This document shows positions 25,813 through 37,329 of a DNA stretch of 64,000 nucleotides, piece by piece (position 1 is the first letter of the stretch; the number at the start of each line of letters is the position of its first letter). Both the position numbers and the translations under genes were made by a program. The stretch is from Octopus vulgaris (taxonomy: Eukaryota). Location: NCBI GenBank assembly GCA_951406725.2, contig OX597817.1:169260001-169324000 (forward strand). The letters are read 5' to 3'. The notes under the pieces are model-generated. The model had not been told where the DNA came from. It did no database searches and saw only the letters and a list, made by a program, of their open reading frames with translations.

Positions 25813-26979
25813 AAAAGGGCTAAATATACAGGATAAGTATAAATATATTGTTTTTGTGGGGAAAATGAATACCAAATCACACAAAACGTGTAAACAACTC
25901 CAAAATATATGAACTTCAAAGCAAAACGTTAAAAATATATAGAATGCAAACAACGTCTAACAACATAATGACGCATCCGTCCGTATTAGTTGTCTGTGCA
26001 AGGTTTTTAATGAAAACCTTTAAGCTCAGCCCACGGTAACGTTCAACAGAAATCGCTTTGTTTTACAACTTATCAGTGGCGGACAGACTGTTTACAAAAA
26101 GTGTTGCTAGAAAACCTACCGGTTTGATGGATGTTATTAACGATCGATAGAACTAACATAAATGGGAACTCAAGCTATGGACATTGAATGTGTATCGTTA
26201 ACTACAGTTATTTTCCAGGAACAATTAGGAGCGATGGCAATCGATTAAAATAAACGGGACAAACTACCAAATTGGATTAAGCTTCTGTAACCTTCCCTAA
26301 AACATAATAAAACGAATATAGAGAAGAAACAAAGCTCCAGACACTTAAATGTTATTTTAATTAAGTGTAATTATTAAGTGATTCCCGTAGTTTTGGAGGG
26401 TTTCAAAGCAATCTAATGAAGCAGACAGGTTCTATTCAGCTACAAACGTGATCGATACAGATCAATGCATTACCATATTGTGTCATCTCACAGTAAGGAA
26501 ATAAGGATGTTGAGGATCAAATGGGGGAAAATATCATCGTGACATTCTGAAAAAGAACTTAATACTAATTAGAAATATTCAGTGTGATATCGGGACAGTA
26601 GGACGAACTGAGCAATAATTACGCGGAGAATGAGTCATTCTGCAACTTCTACTGATTTTTAATAACAATTAAAAAAAAATAAATAAATAAAATGGTGATG
26701 CTCCAGCATGGCCGCAGTCTAATGACTGAAACAAGTAAAAGTTTGAGTCCTAGTTTTCCTGTTTACACCACCAAAACCTATATTTATGCATGTATGTCAG
26801 TCCATGTTCACATGTGCATCGTTGCGAAGTCGAGAGACTGTCATTGCTAACCGTCGGCTCAATAATGAGCAGAGGGTTCAACCGGGAGATCGGTTCGAAG
26901 GAAAGAGAGGCAAGGGAAGGTTCACGGATATCTAACGACCTCCTTCCCGCCGCATCCACTCACCCACCAAAAAAAAAAA

Positions 26980-27394
26980 GGCAATCTTTCGTCTCTAGTA
27001 GACCTTTCCGTCGATTTCCGTAAAAATTTTTTTTTTACATATAGGCTTGCGGGAACTTTTGAAGTAATGAGAGCGAAAGAGACTAAGAGAAAGCGATTGT
27101 ATGACGAGGGAAATTCTTTTGAAGTTACCGTCCAGGGGAAGCATTGATGTACATGTGTGTGTGTGTGTGTGTTTGATGGGGTGTGGGAGACAGACAGTAT
27201 GTTGTGTAAGTGAAGTGCTTCTGTTAGTGTGTGTGAAGAGACAGAGTAATGTGTGAAAGAAAGAGATAACTGAAATTTTTTACTCGGTGTATGTGTATGT
27301 ATATTACTTCAAAAGTTCCCGCAAGCCTATATGTAAAAAAAAAAATTTTTTTACGGAAATCGACGGAAAGGTCTACTAGAGACGAAAGATCGCC
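26980..27394. mobile_element. MITE with ~88-bp TIRs (GGC.ATCTTTCG...)
   Basis: Near-perfect arms at 26980-27068 / 27302-27394; flanked by poly-A on both sides (compatible with an 8-bp TSD). Confidence 0.85.
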
Positions 27395-28932
27395 AAAAAA
27401 AAAAATAGTAATAAAAAATAAAGAAAGAAACAAAGAAAGAAAAGGAAAACTCCGCAGCCCTTTGAATATTGAGAGGCGATTCTGTTTTGTTCTACTCTAC
27501 AAGATTTCTCTAGGAGGCCCCGTTTTTCTATTCCAATGTAGGAGGTCATACGGAAGTCAGAGGTCACTTCCTTTCTGTATACTACCTAACCATGAGTCAG
27601 CAACTGAGGTTTTATGTGGTCATGCAACCTTCTAGAAATAGCAACTACGTCTTCCTCATACCGCATTCTATCATTTTAGAAAAGGCTTGGTGGATATCAC
27701 GGTTCTTGGTGCATTGTGTAAGGGAAAAATTGTGGATGGAGGTCGTCACGGTTTGAATGTTTTTCACGATAGGTTTATATAGATCAGGTTTGACATGGCG
27801 GTAAACATCATTATCATAAACAGCAAAAGGAACAACAACACTAATGTAGTGGACCCGCGTCCAAAAAAAAAAAAAAAAAGCAAAAGATAGCGACGTCAGT
27901 TGCGAATATATAAACAAATTAAACTAGAAGTTTCTCTATGTTACTATATTTGATTAAGTATCTTCGAAAATTTCGCTTCTGGATTTGGTTTTTAAGAACC
28001 TTGATGTGAACTTATGTGTTGAAACAGAACGATTGGGTCTGAACGTCTGGTACTTTAATAGCGCTGGTCTAGGAGACTTCCCAGTTAGGTTCCTCCCAAC
28101 AACGAAGTCGATAACTGGGAAACTTAATTGACGAGGTCTTGAAGTAAATTCAAATGTAAACTATAGATATACAATCATTTATCCCCGCCACGTCAAGCTA
28201 CGGTGAACCTATTCACTGATTTCTTCCTCTCTATCATAGTCCGTCCCTCCCCATCGGCGTGAGTTTCCTTAGAGCTCTGATTTTCGATATTGCGTTTGAC
28301 CCCACCTTTCTTCCTACGAAGTCAACATCGAACAGTTATTTAAAGATATCAGGATAAATGAGAACCACGACGGACTTTTTTTTTAAAGAATTATTTATCT
28401 ATCTCGAAGTTAGTTCACAATCTGATCGTTAGCTTCTTTCGTGGGCAACAGCCTCGCCTTTCCAACACTGGATAGCTCCGACGGAGAGGGTATGAAGCCT
28501 TACAGTTATGGACGAAGCTTTTACAATAGTACCCACACCTTTGTACCTGCCTGGAAACCGAATTTCTTTTCATTTGGCCTTGTGCCTCGCCACCCACGAC
28601 CATCAGCACAATCCACCGCAATTTCCATTTTTTAAAAATAATTTAACATCTCAACCTTTCTTGTTTTCCGGAGCCTCTATGTTTCTTGCAAAGACAAATA
28701 AAAACTTATGTGACCTTTTCATTAAAAAATATCTAGTCCTCAGCCACATCTAACCCGGAACTTCCGCTTACTTCTGCACCCGACGCTATACTTTCTCTTC
28801 ATCTTCCACACCACACGCCCATGCGGCCACAATAATATATCGACGTATCAAATTATTTTGACTGCATGTCTTTCAACCAGAATGCATTTCTTCCAATATT
28901 ATATACTTTATAGTATGCTATGTCTGCAGTTT

Positions 28933-29447
28933 ATCTATATATATAAAACTGTAGTTGTGTGAGTGTCTGTCCCCTTCGATTTAGATTCCTAACTACTCTC
29001 ACATTTTGCGGTGCAGTTTAACCAAAACCGGGTATCTTATAGTCGTGATTCATATCGAGCCCGTCTGGGTATTAGCGCGCGTCTACGATGAGTCTACGAT
29101 TTTAAAAATAATTTAACATAATTTTTTATTCCATTTTAACGCATAATTTTTCGTGTGTCGATGGCGGCGGAGTTGGCGTCCATGGTCACACCTGCACCTG
29201 TTTCCTTCTCCCCCTTCTTCCCTCCCTCGTGAAGCTGTGGGGAAGGGAGTGTAAGGAAATCAACGTCGTAAAGCGTTGTCAAGGAGACCAGTGTTCTTTT
29301 AGAACAACGACTTCATGGCTTGAAAGCACCAAAACAGAAATGGCTAAGAAAGCCCGAATTGGCATCTATAAGGGAAGTAACTCTCTAAACATGCTTATAT
29401 AGTTATTTCCCTTACAAACCCGAGCAACGCCGGGCGATACTGCTAGT
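28933..29447 (-). mobile_element. Helentron-associated (HINE/DINE-1-like) non-autonomous element
   Basis: 5' ACTAGCAGTATCG plus hairpin CCCGGCGTTGCTCGGG; 3' ACAGACAC...TTTTATATATATAGAT; second copy at 40638-41160. Confidence 0.8.
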
Positions 29448-29489
29448 TATTTATAGTATGCTATGTCTGCAGTTTATTATATATATAGT

Positions 29490-29700
29490 CCAGGTAGTCA
29501 GTTGAGCGATCACTTACCGTAACAGCTACACGATATCCGAAACAACGCCCCAGGAGTTCTCAAACCGGAGCTTGTCGATCCGCTGATCACTTCGTCTGTG
29601 TACTGTTTCAACACTATGAGATTAGTAAGATCCGACAGTTAAGGAAGTAACACCTCATTTTCAACCAGAGAACCTCAGTTTCTCTCAGTACAAACATCCA
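29490..29700 (+). pseudogene. Penelope-like GIY-YIG endonuclease relic
   Basis: QLSDHLP*QLHDIRN...HLIFNQ resembles the PLE R..EH..DI...E..LIF pattern; related to 32725-32960. Confidence 0.45.
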
Positions 29701-29965
29701 TCTTAATTACCTCTAACCCACTTCACTTCAAATCCCCCCCCCTTCCCGGTTTCCTCCTCAAAACTAGCCAGCTTCTCCGTTATTTATCTGTGCGTCCATT
29801 TACAAGTCTTCAATACCTATAAATCTTTATTTGCAGTTTCGCGTGTTGCTGTGTTTGTATGTACAGCGGTGTATGTGCATAGAATGGGCGCAACATGTAC
29901 GCTTTTAATATTGTGTATGTGCGTGTGCGCGTGCGTATGTATTGATATGTTCATCACACTACAGC

Positions 29966-30361
29966 TACTCTTTTACTCTTTTACTTGCTTCAGTCACTGT
30001 GGCCATGCTGGAGCACTGCCTTTAGTCGAGCAAATCGACCCCAGGACTTATTCTTTGTAAGCCCAGTACTTATTCTATCGGTCTCTTTTGCCGAACCGCT
30101 AAGTTACGGGGACGTAAACACACCAGCATCGGTTGTCAAGCAATGCTAGGGGGACAAACACAAACACACAAACATATACACACACATGCATATATATACA
30201 TATATACGACGAGCTTCTTTCAGTTTCCGTCTACCAAATCCACTCACAAGGCATTGGTCGGCCCGGGACTATAGCAGAAGACACTTGCCCAAAATGCCAC
30301 GCAGTGGGACTGAACCCGGAACCATGTGGTTGGTTAGCAAGCTACTTACCACACAGCCACC
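29966..30361 (-). mobile_element. SINE family A
   Basis: Reverse complement of the family A consensus; fused at CCAC to the neighbouring B dimer. Confidence 0.88.
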
Positions 30362-30761
30362 CACAAGGGGCTAAACACAGAGGTGACAAGCAAGGACAAA
30401 TAAACGGATTAAGTCGATTACATCGACCTCAGTGCGTAACTGGTACTTATTTAATCGACCCCGAAAGGATGAAAGGCAAAGTCGACCTCGGCGGAATTTG
30501 AACTCAGAACGTAGCGGTAGACGAAATACCTATTTCTTTATTACCCACAAGGGGCTAAACATAGAGGGGACAAACAAGGACAGACATAGGTATTAAATCG
30601 ATTACATCGACCCCAGTGCGTAACTGGTACTTAATTTATTGACCCCGAAAGGATGAAAGGCAAAGTCGACCTCGGCGAAATTTGAACTCAGAACGTAACG
30701 GCAGACGAAATACCGCCAAGCATTTTGCTCGGCGTGCTAACGTTTCTGCCAGCTCGCCGCC
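30360..30761 (-). mobile_element. Family B dimer with head
   Basis: Head at 30761; unit junction GAAATACCTATTTC near 30523-30536. Confidence 0.88.
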
Positions 30762-31597
30762 TATCACACTACAGTTGTATACGTGAGTAGGTTACTATTT
30801 GTATAAGCGTTGGCCTTACCATTGCTCCGCTTATATCAAGCTCTATTTTAAAAGACTTTTGACCACCATCCAGTGGCCCCTTCCCTGCTTAATATCTTTT
30901 CCCTTATTTCCTCTCACACCACTTCCCTTTCATCCTGCTCCCTCACTCCACACATTGCCCCCACACTTCCTCTTCCCTGTTTCTGTCCTCTTCATTCACT
31001 GCCACCAGCAAGGACATTAATATCTTTTTCAACTTCCGCTGAAGGGCAAAAACCCGAGACATTAAACTTACCTCCCCTCATAGTAATCAAATGCATCGAT
31101 GTCTTCCTCACACTAATTACGAAGTTCTATCGTTCAGAGCCCCCAAATTTATACGAGAAACATTCTATTTTTGCCTTTCTAAATGTTTTATTTTTCCCAT
31201 TTAAAAAATTTTAACATTTCCTTAATGAGCAATGAAAATTGAACCAAGAAATTTGCTTGCTTGAGGGTATAATTTTCTTTGTTCTCGAATTTCAATTTTT
31301 CATAATCTAGATTTGCCAAGATAACGCAAACGAAAGCGGAAAGGGAAATTTCTTTAATTTGCCAAGCATCATGATAATTCTCCTTTTTATTTTCACATAG
31401 ATTTTTTTGTAGAGTTGGGATTTAGCTTCTATCTCTAGCAGGCTGTGTGACTTGTTTTCATGTGAATCGGTATTTTGTTCATACATATTTTGCATCGATA
31501 TGGTAGCTGCAAGCTCTTTATGCAATTATAACTCTTGTTTGTATCATATATATATATAAATTTAAGGATGAAACTCCTATTTTAAACATTTTTTAAA

Positions 31598-31942
31598 GGC
31601 GCAGGAGTGGCTGTGTGGGAAGTAGCTTGCTTACCAACCACATGGTTCCGGGTTCATTTCCCACTGTGTGGCACCTTGGGCAAGTGTCTTTTACTATAGC
31701 CTCGGGCCGACCAAAGCCTTGTGAGTGGATTTGGTAGACGGAAACTGAAAGAAGCCCGTCATATATGTATATATATATATATATAAATGTATTTTTTATT
31801 TCTATTTCTATGTCTTGTTATATTTGTACTATATCAATGTATAATATCATTGCTGTGGTGTAATGGTTTAATAAATTATTGATTGGGTATTATCTGATGG
31901 TTGATGATTGATTTAGGTATGTTTCTCCATTTTCTCATTTTG

Positions 31943-31979
<37 letters not shown>

Positions 31980-32220
31980 CTGTGTGTGTGTGCGTGTGTG
32001 TGTATGTTTGTGTGTCTGTGTTTGTCCCCGCCCCAACATCGCTTGACAACCGATGGTGGTGTGTTTATGTCCCCGTAACTTAGCGGTTCGGCAAAAGAGA
32101 CCGATAGAATAAGTACTAGGCTTACAAAGAATAAGTCCTGGGGGGTCGATTTGCTTGACTAAAGGCGGTACTCCGGCATGGCCGCAGTCAAATGACTGAA
32201 ACAAGTAAAAGAGTAAAGAG
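31598..32220 (+). mobile_element. SINE family A with ~155 bp of extra AT-rich sequence inside its central (TA)n
   Basis: 5' half 31598-31785; 3' half 31942-32220. Confidence 0.85.
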
Positions 32221-32724
32221 TTAGTTATCTAAGTTATATTGTTATTATTTGTATAGTCTACATAACACCACATACTAGGCCTAACGTTCGTTTAGTTGAA
32301 CGCCACCACTTAGATCATGAATGTCTTAGGCGCTGTTCGCTATATTCCATGCCTTCAGGCTAGCTATCCGATTACGTCCCAACTCATGCCTTCTAATTAT
32401 TCGTGTTATTTGTCCCCCTGTAGATATCGACCTTTACATGTCCGGCCGGGCATCAAACACATCAAAGTTTGGAGAAAGGGGCTTCAGTGACTAATGAGTA
32501 CGGCAGAGTTTTTGAATATATGCTCAAACAAACTCCAAAGAAGCTGATGCTGGTCAGAGTAAGCAAGACTTATATAGTAAATTCGATAAAAAGACAATAC
32601 TGAACATGCCGTGGGGAGTGAAAACTTCAACGTTTCGGAAAGAGTCATTCTTCAAGGAAAAGTTGAAAGGATAGAAATTAACGAAAGACAGTATAGTTTT
32701 ACAAGTAAAAGAGTTTTGGAATAG

Positions 32725-32960
32725 CTGTCCTTTATTTTATGTGGGTGAGACAGATGGTCAGTTAATGGAACACATCTGGAAACATTTATACGATGTCCGA
32801 AACAGTGGAACTTGCTATTTCAACTCACTCTGTCATTTCCCTAATGACCACTCCGTCTGTAGACTACTTCGATACTATAGCATTAGGAAGATTATCAGAT
32901 GGTTCTTACGAACTGGTAACTTTTCTGCTTCATTAGCAGGCTACAACGAGTAACCTTAGG
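32725..32960 (+). pseudogene. Penelope-like GIY-YIG relic
   Basis: CPYFYVGETDGQLMEHIWKHLYDVRN matches YVGET...R..EH. Confidence 0.65.
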
Positions 32961-33056
32961 CATCTAGCATTCTCCTTCTTGCTTTTCCCATTCCTTTTAG
33001 TTAATCTAATCATTGAGTGTCTTTCGTAATATTTTAGCTGTTCCCAATAAGCAAAC

Positions 33057-33380
33057 TGTGGAGGCGCAATGGCCCTATAGTTAGGGCAGCGGATTCGCAG
33101 TCGGAGGATCGCGGTTTCGGTTCCCAGACCGGGCGTTGTGTGCGTTTATTGAGCGAAAACACCTAACGCTCCACGAGGCTCCGGCAGGGGGGTGGTGGCG
33201 ACCCCTGTTGTACTCTTTCGCCTCAACTTTCTCTCGCTCTTTCTTCCTGTTTCTTGAGTAACGCTGCGATGGACTGGCGTCCCGTCCAGCTAAGGGGGGG
33301 ACACATACGCCATAGAAACCGGGAAACCGGGCCCATGAGTCTGGCTAGGCTTGAAAAGGGCGCATAAAAAATAAATAAAT
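33057..33380 (+). mobile_element. SINE with a family C tRNA head and an alternative 3' body
   Basis: Head as 42361; diverges after TTCCTGTTTC; TSD AATAAGCAAAC; (AAAT)n tail. Confidence 0.85.
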
Positions 33381-33443
33381 AAGCAAACCGTTTGCAATAA
33401 TTCTATCCCATAATCCACCCCGATCTTCTATATCCATATTACA

Positions 33444-34400
33444 ATGGTGTCCTTCACTGTTCTTAATGCTCCAGCGATTTATTGGCACTTGGAATGTCGT
33501 CAGGCGGTCAATGTCCTCTACCAGCCGGGCAATGCGATCAGCGGAAGTTCTACGCTAGGAATATATAAAAGTCTAGTGGGATGTAAAAGCGGTGACGTCC
33601 TTGAGGAAAGTTTGAGCATCGACGAGGGCGAACTAGGTGGTCTGTGTTGGAGGACTTTCGGGCCGGGGATTACCGTGGATAACTTTCAGAAATCCCTGGT
33701 CTGACAGTGCTACCGAGGGGCACTACCGATTCGAGATAAGACCTGCTACCACAGAAGTGTTGCCAGGCAGGATTGTCCGAGATGCGCGCAGAGCAACGAA
33801 ACCGTACTGCATGCAGTCGCGCAGTGTTTGAACATTGACTTGTCAAACAGCTGTTGTCACGTGTAGAACGAATCCGATTATCAACCGAGTCTGTCGTGAG
33901 GCCACTACTTTTAAAAAGGCAGGGTAGGCAGGGTTCTCTGTCTAGTGCAGAGTTTCTCAACCGGAGTCCATATGGCCCTTGGAGATCCAAGTAAGATTTT
34001 GATGTTAAAATTTATGTGCAATAAACTGATTTTATTTCTACAACACACAAGATATTTTAACGAATTTTTTATACAATTCTTCATAATATTTCATTATAAA
34101 AATATTATATGAGTTTTTAGATACCGAATGGCTGTGAAGGTCACTCTATTGAATAAAGTAGGGATCAAAAGGGTCCATAGGTAAAAAAAAAATGGTTAAG
34201 AACCCCTGCTCTAGTGGCTATGGCGAAAGTTGGTGTGTGGTGGACAAGACTGAAAGGAATAAGGAAAGACACTTTCCTCTTCAGTCAAGCCTTCATCGTC
34301 TTTTTTAAAGTACCTCCTGGAAAGAAAAGTGAAGATAGAAAGGGAAGTGCTTTTTGTCCCGGTGAATTTGTAAAAAAAGTAGACGACTGTGGCAAAAATT
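33444..34400 (+). pseudogene. Tx1/L1-type LINE ORF2 C-terminal relic
   Basis: YRGALPIRDK...CPRCAQSNETVLHAVAQC (CxxC...ET..H...C knuckle); interrupted by a hAT MITE. Confidence 0.7.
33948..34208. mobile_element. hAT (Charlie-type) MITE
   Basis: CAGAGTTTCTCAACC / GGTTAAGAACCCCTG; 8-bp TSD GTCTAGTG / CTCTAGTG. Confidence 0.85.
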
Positions 34401-34459
34401 GTTACAGTGTATGTCTAATTGACTTTCGTTGCTTTTACCTGTTTTTTAATTTCTACGTA

Positions 34460-34521
<62 letters not shown>

Positions 34522-34832
34522 CCTCGCTAAGATAAATATTTCAATTAACCTGAAGATTGACTGTAACCATAACTCGAATTATTACGAATTTTACAGCCAT
34601 GAAACGATCGTAGTGTTTTACTCTTTATCTTTTATTAAACTTTCAATACTTTTGATATATATTTAAAATAATATAAATTAATTAATTTTATGTATTGGCT
34701 TATGTTTTTCATTGTTTGATTTGCCTAATAGTGGTTTTATCTCTAATTTAATATAATATAATATTATATATATATATATATATATATAAATCGATTTTTT
34801 TTAACGAGGTATAAACAGTAACTGCACGACAA

Positions 34833-35339
34833 TGTGAGGTATATTTGCCATCTCAATATGGCTAACCACTAAGGGTGGGTGTTACCGTAGCTTGTAGCCC
34901 CAGGAGAACATCTCCTCCAGCTGGCTTTAGGCACACTTTCTTTGCCCTAAGGTATTTGCAAAGGGAGGTCATCCTTCCCTCGTCAACCTAAGTGATACGC
35001 ACGGACTGCAGTTTCTAGGTATTGACCTGTCATCAGCATACGACAATCACCGGTTTTCGATGAAAGGGGTCCCAATGCAAATTCTTATATCATTTTTCCA
35101 GTAACTTTTCGTCACTGATCTCGAAAAACTGTCTGCAAGCAGTAATAAATGAGGTAGAAACTGCAGTCCGTGCGTATCACTTAGGTTGACGAGGGAAGGA
35201 TGACCTCCCTTTGCAAATACCTTAGGGCACAGAAAGTGTGCCTAAAGCCAGCTGGAGGAGATGTTCTCATGGGGCTACAAGCTACAGTAACACCCACCCT
35301 TAGTGGTTAGCCATATTGAGATGGCAAATATACCTCACA
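34833..35339. mobile_element. Penelope-like pseudo-LTR with 185-bp inverted arms
   Basis: Arms 34833-35017 and 35155-35339, with only a few mismatches; overlaps a hammerhead motif. Confidence 0.75.
34992..35050 (-). ncRNA. Type I hammerhead ribozyme, minimal PLE type
   Basis: CGUAUG-CUGAUGA-C-AGGU(CAAU)ACCU-A-GAAA-C(UGCA)G-UC^-CGUGCG; palindromic loop III. Confidence 0.72.
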
Positions 35340-35424
35340 GATTTTTTTTGTTTTTTTTAGAAAAACATAAAAATCGGAGAAGCCCACTCTAAAAGGTAGA
35401 GCAGTCTATATTTATTACTGGAGA

Positions 35425-35509
35425 AGGCCTGTTTATAGGGTTACCGTGGGTTTCTCGCCATAAAGAGTATCTTTATAGCATATCATCAGACCCTAAGACT
35501 TGTTGGCCT
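35425..35509 (-). ncRNA. Type I hammerhead ribozyme with an intact core
   Basis: UAGGGU-CUGAUGA-stem II (UGCUAUAAAGA/UCUUUAUGGCG)-GAAA-CC(CAC)GG-UA^-ACCCUA; distal stem I AGGCC/GGCCU. Confidence 0.85.
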
Positions 35510-35661
35510 ATGGAGGGGGAAACGAACAGGATATAAACAATGGGGGTTATCTCTCTCTTCTGGTGGTCATCGGCTTCCGGTTATGTCATCCTACTTCAGC
35601 TACGTCACTTGTCGGTTGTGAGGGTAGACGGTAGGGGGTTATCTCCTACTCTCATCAGTAA

Positions 35662-36099
35662 TCAATTTCCAGCTGTGGTGTAAATATCGCTAATACCGCT
35701 ATTATTGTTATTATAAGGTTCCCAAAACGCTAACAGTAATTTCCTAAAATGTAAGGACGGTCCGAAAATCTCCGCTATAGTGTTCAGTATGTTCCCTGCT
35801 ACGTGCGAGTTTTTCAGGATTTCTATGCGTTCGGCTACGCATAGCTTGCAGCGTTTCGTTCCATTTATGTATGGATCCGGATTGTGGAGGAATTTCCATG
35901 ATATCGAGTATGGAATTCCGTCTTCCTTCAGTTGCCAGATATGACTGGCCAGCGATGTTACAAATCTCCTTTCTGGGACCCTGAAGGAGGATTTGTGGTT
36001 GGAGGAATTTCTTGCGCATCCGATGTATTTCCTTGGATGCGTGGAGCTGGTGTCGTGCCTACTATTGCTGATGTTGCTACTGCCACTACTGCTGTGCTC
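35662..36099 (-). CDS. Penelope-like element GIY-YIG endonuclease, C-terminal open frame without a start codon
   Basis: ...PRKYIGCARNSSNHKSSFRVPERRFVTSLASHIWQLKEDGIPYSISWKFL...KRCKLCVAERIEILK...LNTIAEIFGPSLHFRKLLL; this frame is not in the supplied ORF track. Confidence 0.85.
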   Translation of the reverse strand, partial: EHSSSGSSNISNSRHDTSSTHPRKYIGCARNSSNHKSSFRVPERRFVTSLASHIWQLKEDGIPYSISWKFLHNPDPYINGTKRCKLCVAERIEILKNSHVAGNILNTIAEIFGPSLHFRKLLLAFWEPYNNNNSGISDIYTTAGN

Positions 36100-36101
36100 C
36101 T

Positions 36102-36258
36102 AGCATTAAGAGTATCTTAGCGCTCCTAAGCAACGGGAAGAGGCGGGTTGTTCATGCAGGATCAGCAACAGTTGCCCAGTAGAAGGCGGCTGTGAAACCA
36201 AAGGCGTCGTCTATCAGGCCGAGGTACGGGCAAATCCGGCCATTTCCACCGGCAGGAA
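36102..36258 (+). pseudogene. Inverted upstream segment of the same Penelope-like ORF
   Basis: EAGCSCRISNSCPVEGGCETKGVVYQAEV is the Cys linker plus first GIY motif that normally precedes YIG. Confidence 0.8.
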
Positions 36259-36441
36259 CTCAGCTGGCAAACAAAAGGCCAGATTCGTCACACTCTGTGT
36301 CCCGCTGAATCTCCCTAAGAACTACGTTAAGGGTACAAGTGTCAGTGGGATGCTCAGCCGATTGCACGTTAATTTCACGGGTAGTCTGTTCCGTTGATCG
36401 GATAAACTGGAACACTCGTCGTTGTAACCGACGGAGTACCA
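36258..36441 (+). mobile_element. C-type SINE 3' body fragment
   Basis: GTCACACTCTGTGTC...CGTTGTAACCGACGGAGT. Confidence 0.75.
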
Positions 36442-37329
36442 GTTAATAACAACCAATTCTTAATAGACTGAGCATTTCTCATCTATTGCAAATGAAAAGT
36501 GAAATGATGGCTGAAGAATATTGTAAAGAATATTTTGGCAGAACCACATATTTGCGGATTTTGGCATAAAATATAAATCGTGCATTTTGTGAGGGAATGG
36601 CATCAGGAAATTCAAGACAAGAATTTTATCTTGAGCTACCAGAATGGCGATACAGAGCTGGACAGCAAGCAGATAAAAATGGATTATTTTAAGGTAATTA
36701 AAAACATTACGTTCTCCATGATGGGAAAATATTAATATTTCATCATTGCAACATGTATAAAGGATATTAATCCTTTGGAAAGGTCGATATCAACATTGAG
36801 AAGACGGTGAAATGATTTATCGTTGATATGTATAGTCACAAAGTCTCACATCAAACAGATATTAGAGTGACATTAGAGCAGGGCAAACTTTGACAACAAA
36901 TATAAACACAATAGTTTATAAAAAGCAGTGAAGAGAATTGATATTGGATGTCTCCACGGAGAAATATTACAAATTAGAGTATACAGAGAAATATTATCTA
37001 TACCGATGAGAAAACTACAGAGATATAAAATAAAAATAAAATCAAAATCGTCATTGGAAGTCTTATGAGACAAGCGACCTGACATCGTCCGTAAACACGA
37101 ATGAAATAAAACAGCGATTAATATAATATTTTCTGTTTACAAATACACAACCAAAGCTGTCCAAATACAAATATATGGAGACAGAGATAGCTTTAAAAAA
37201 TATTGCTAAATGGCGCTATTATTGTTGTTTAGTTGCAAGTTCGCCGATGGAGCAGACCTTACGACAATGAGGTTCCAATCGTGAAATTCCAGTTGTTTGC
37301 TATATTTAGGATTACATTATCCAATATAT

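Noticed and set aside
36480-37200. Possible R4-like LINE C-terminal relic (RPDIV near 37074)
   Set aside because: Only one short motif; too decayed to list as a supported feature.
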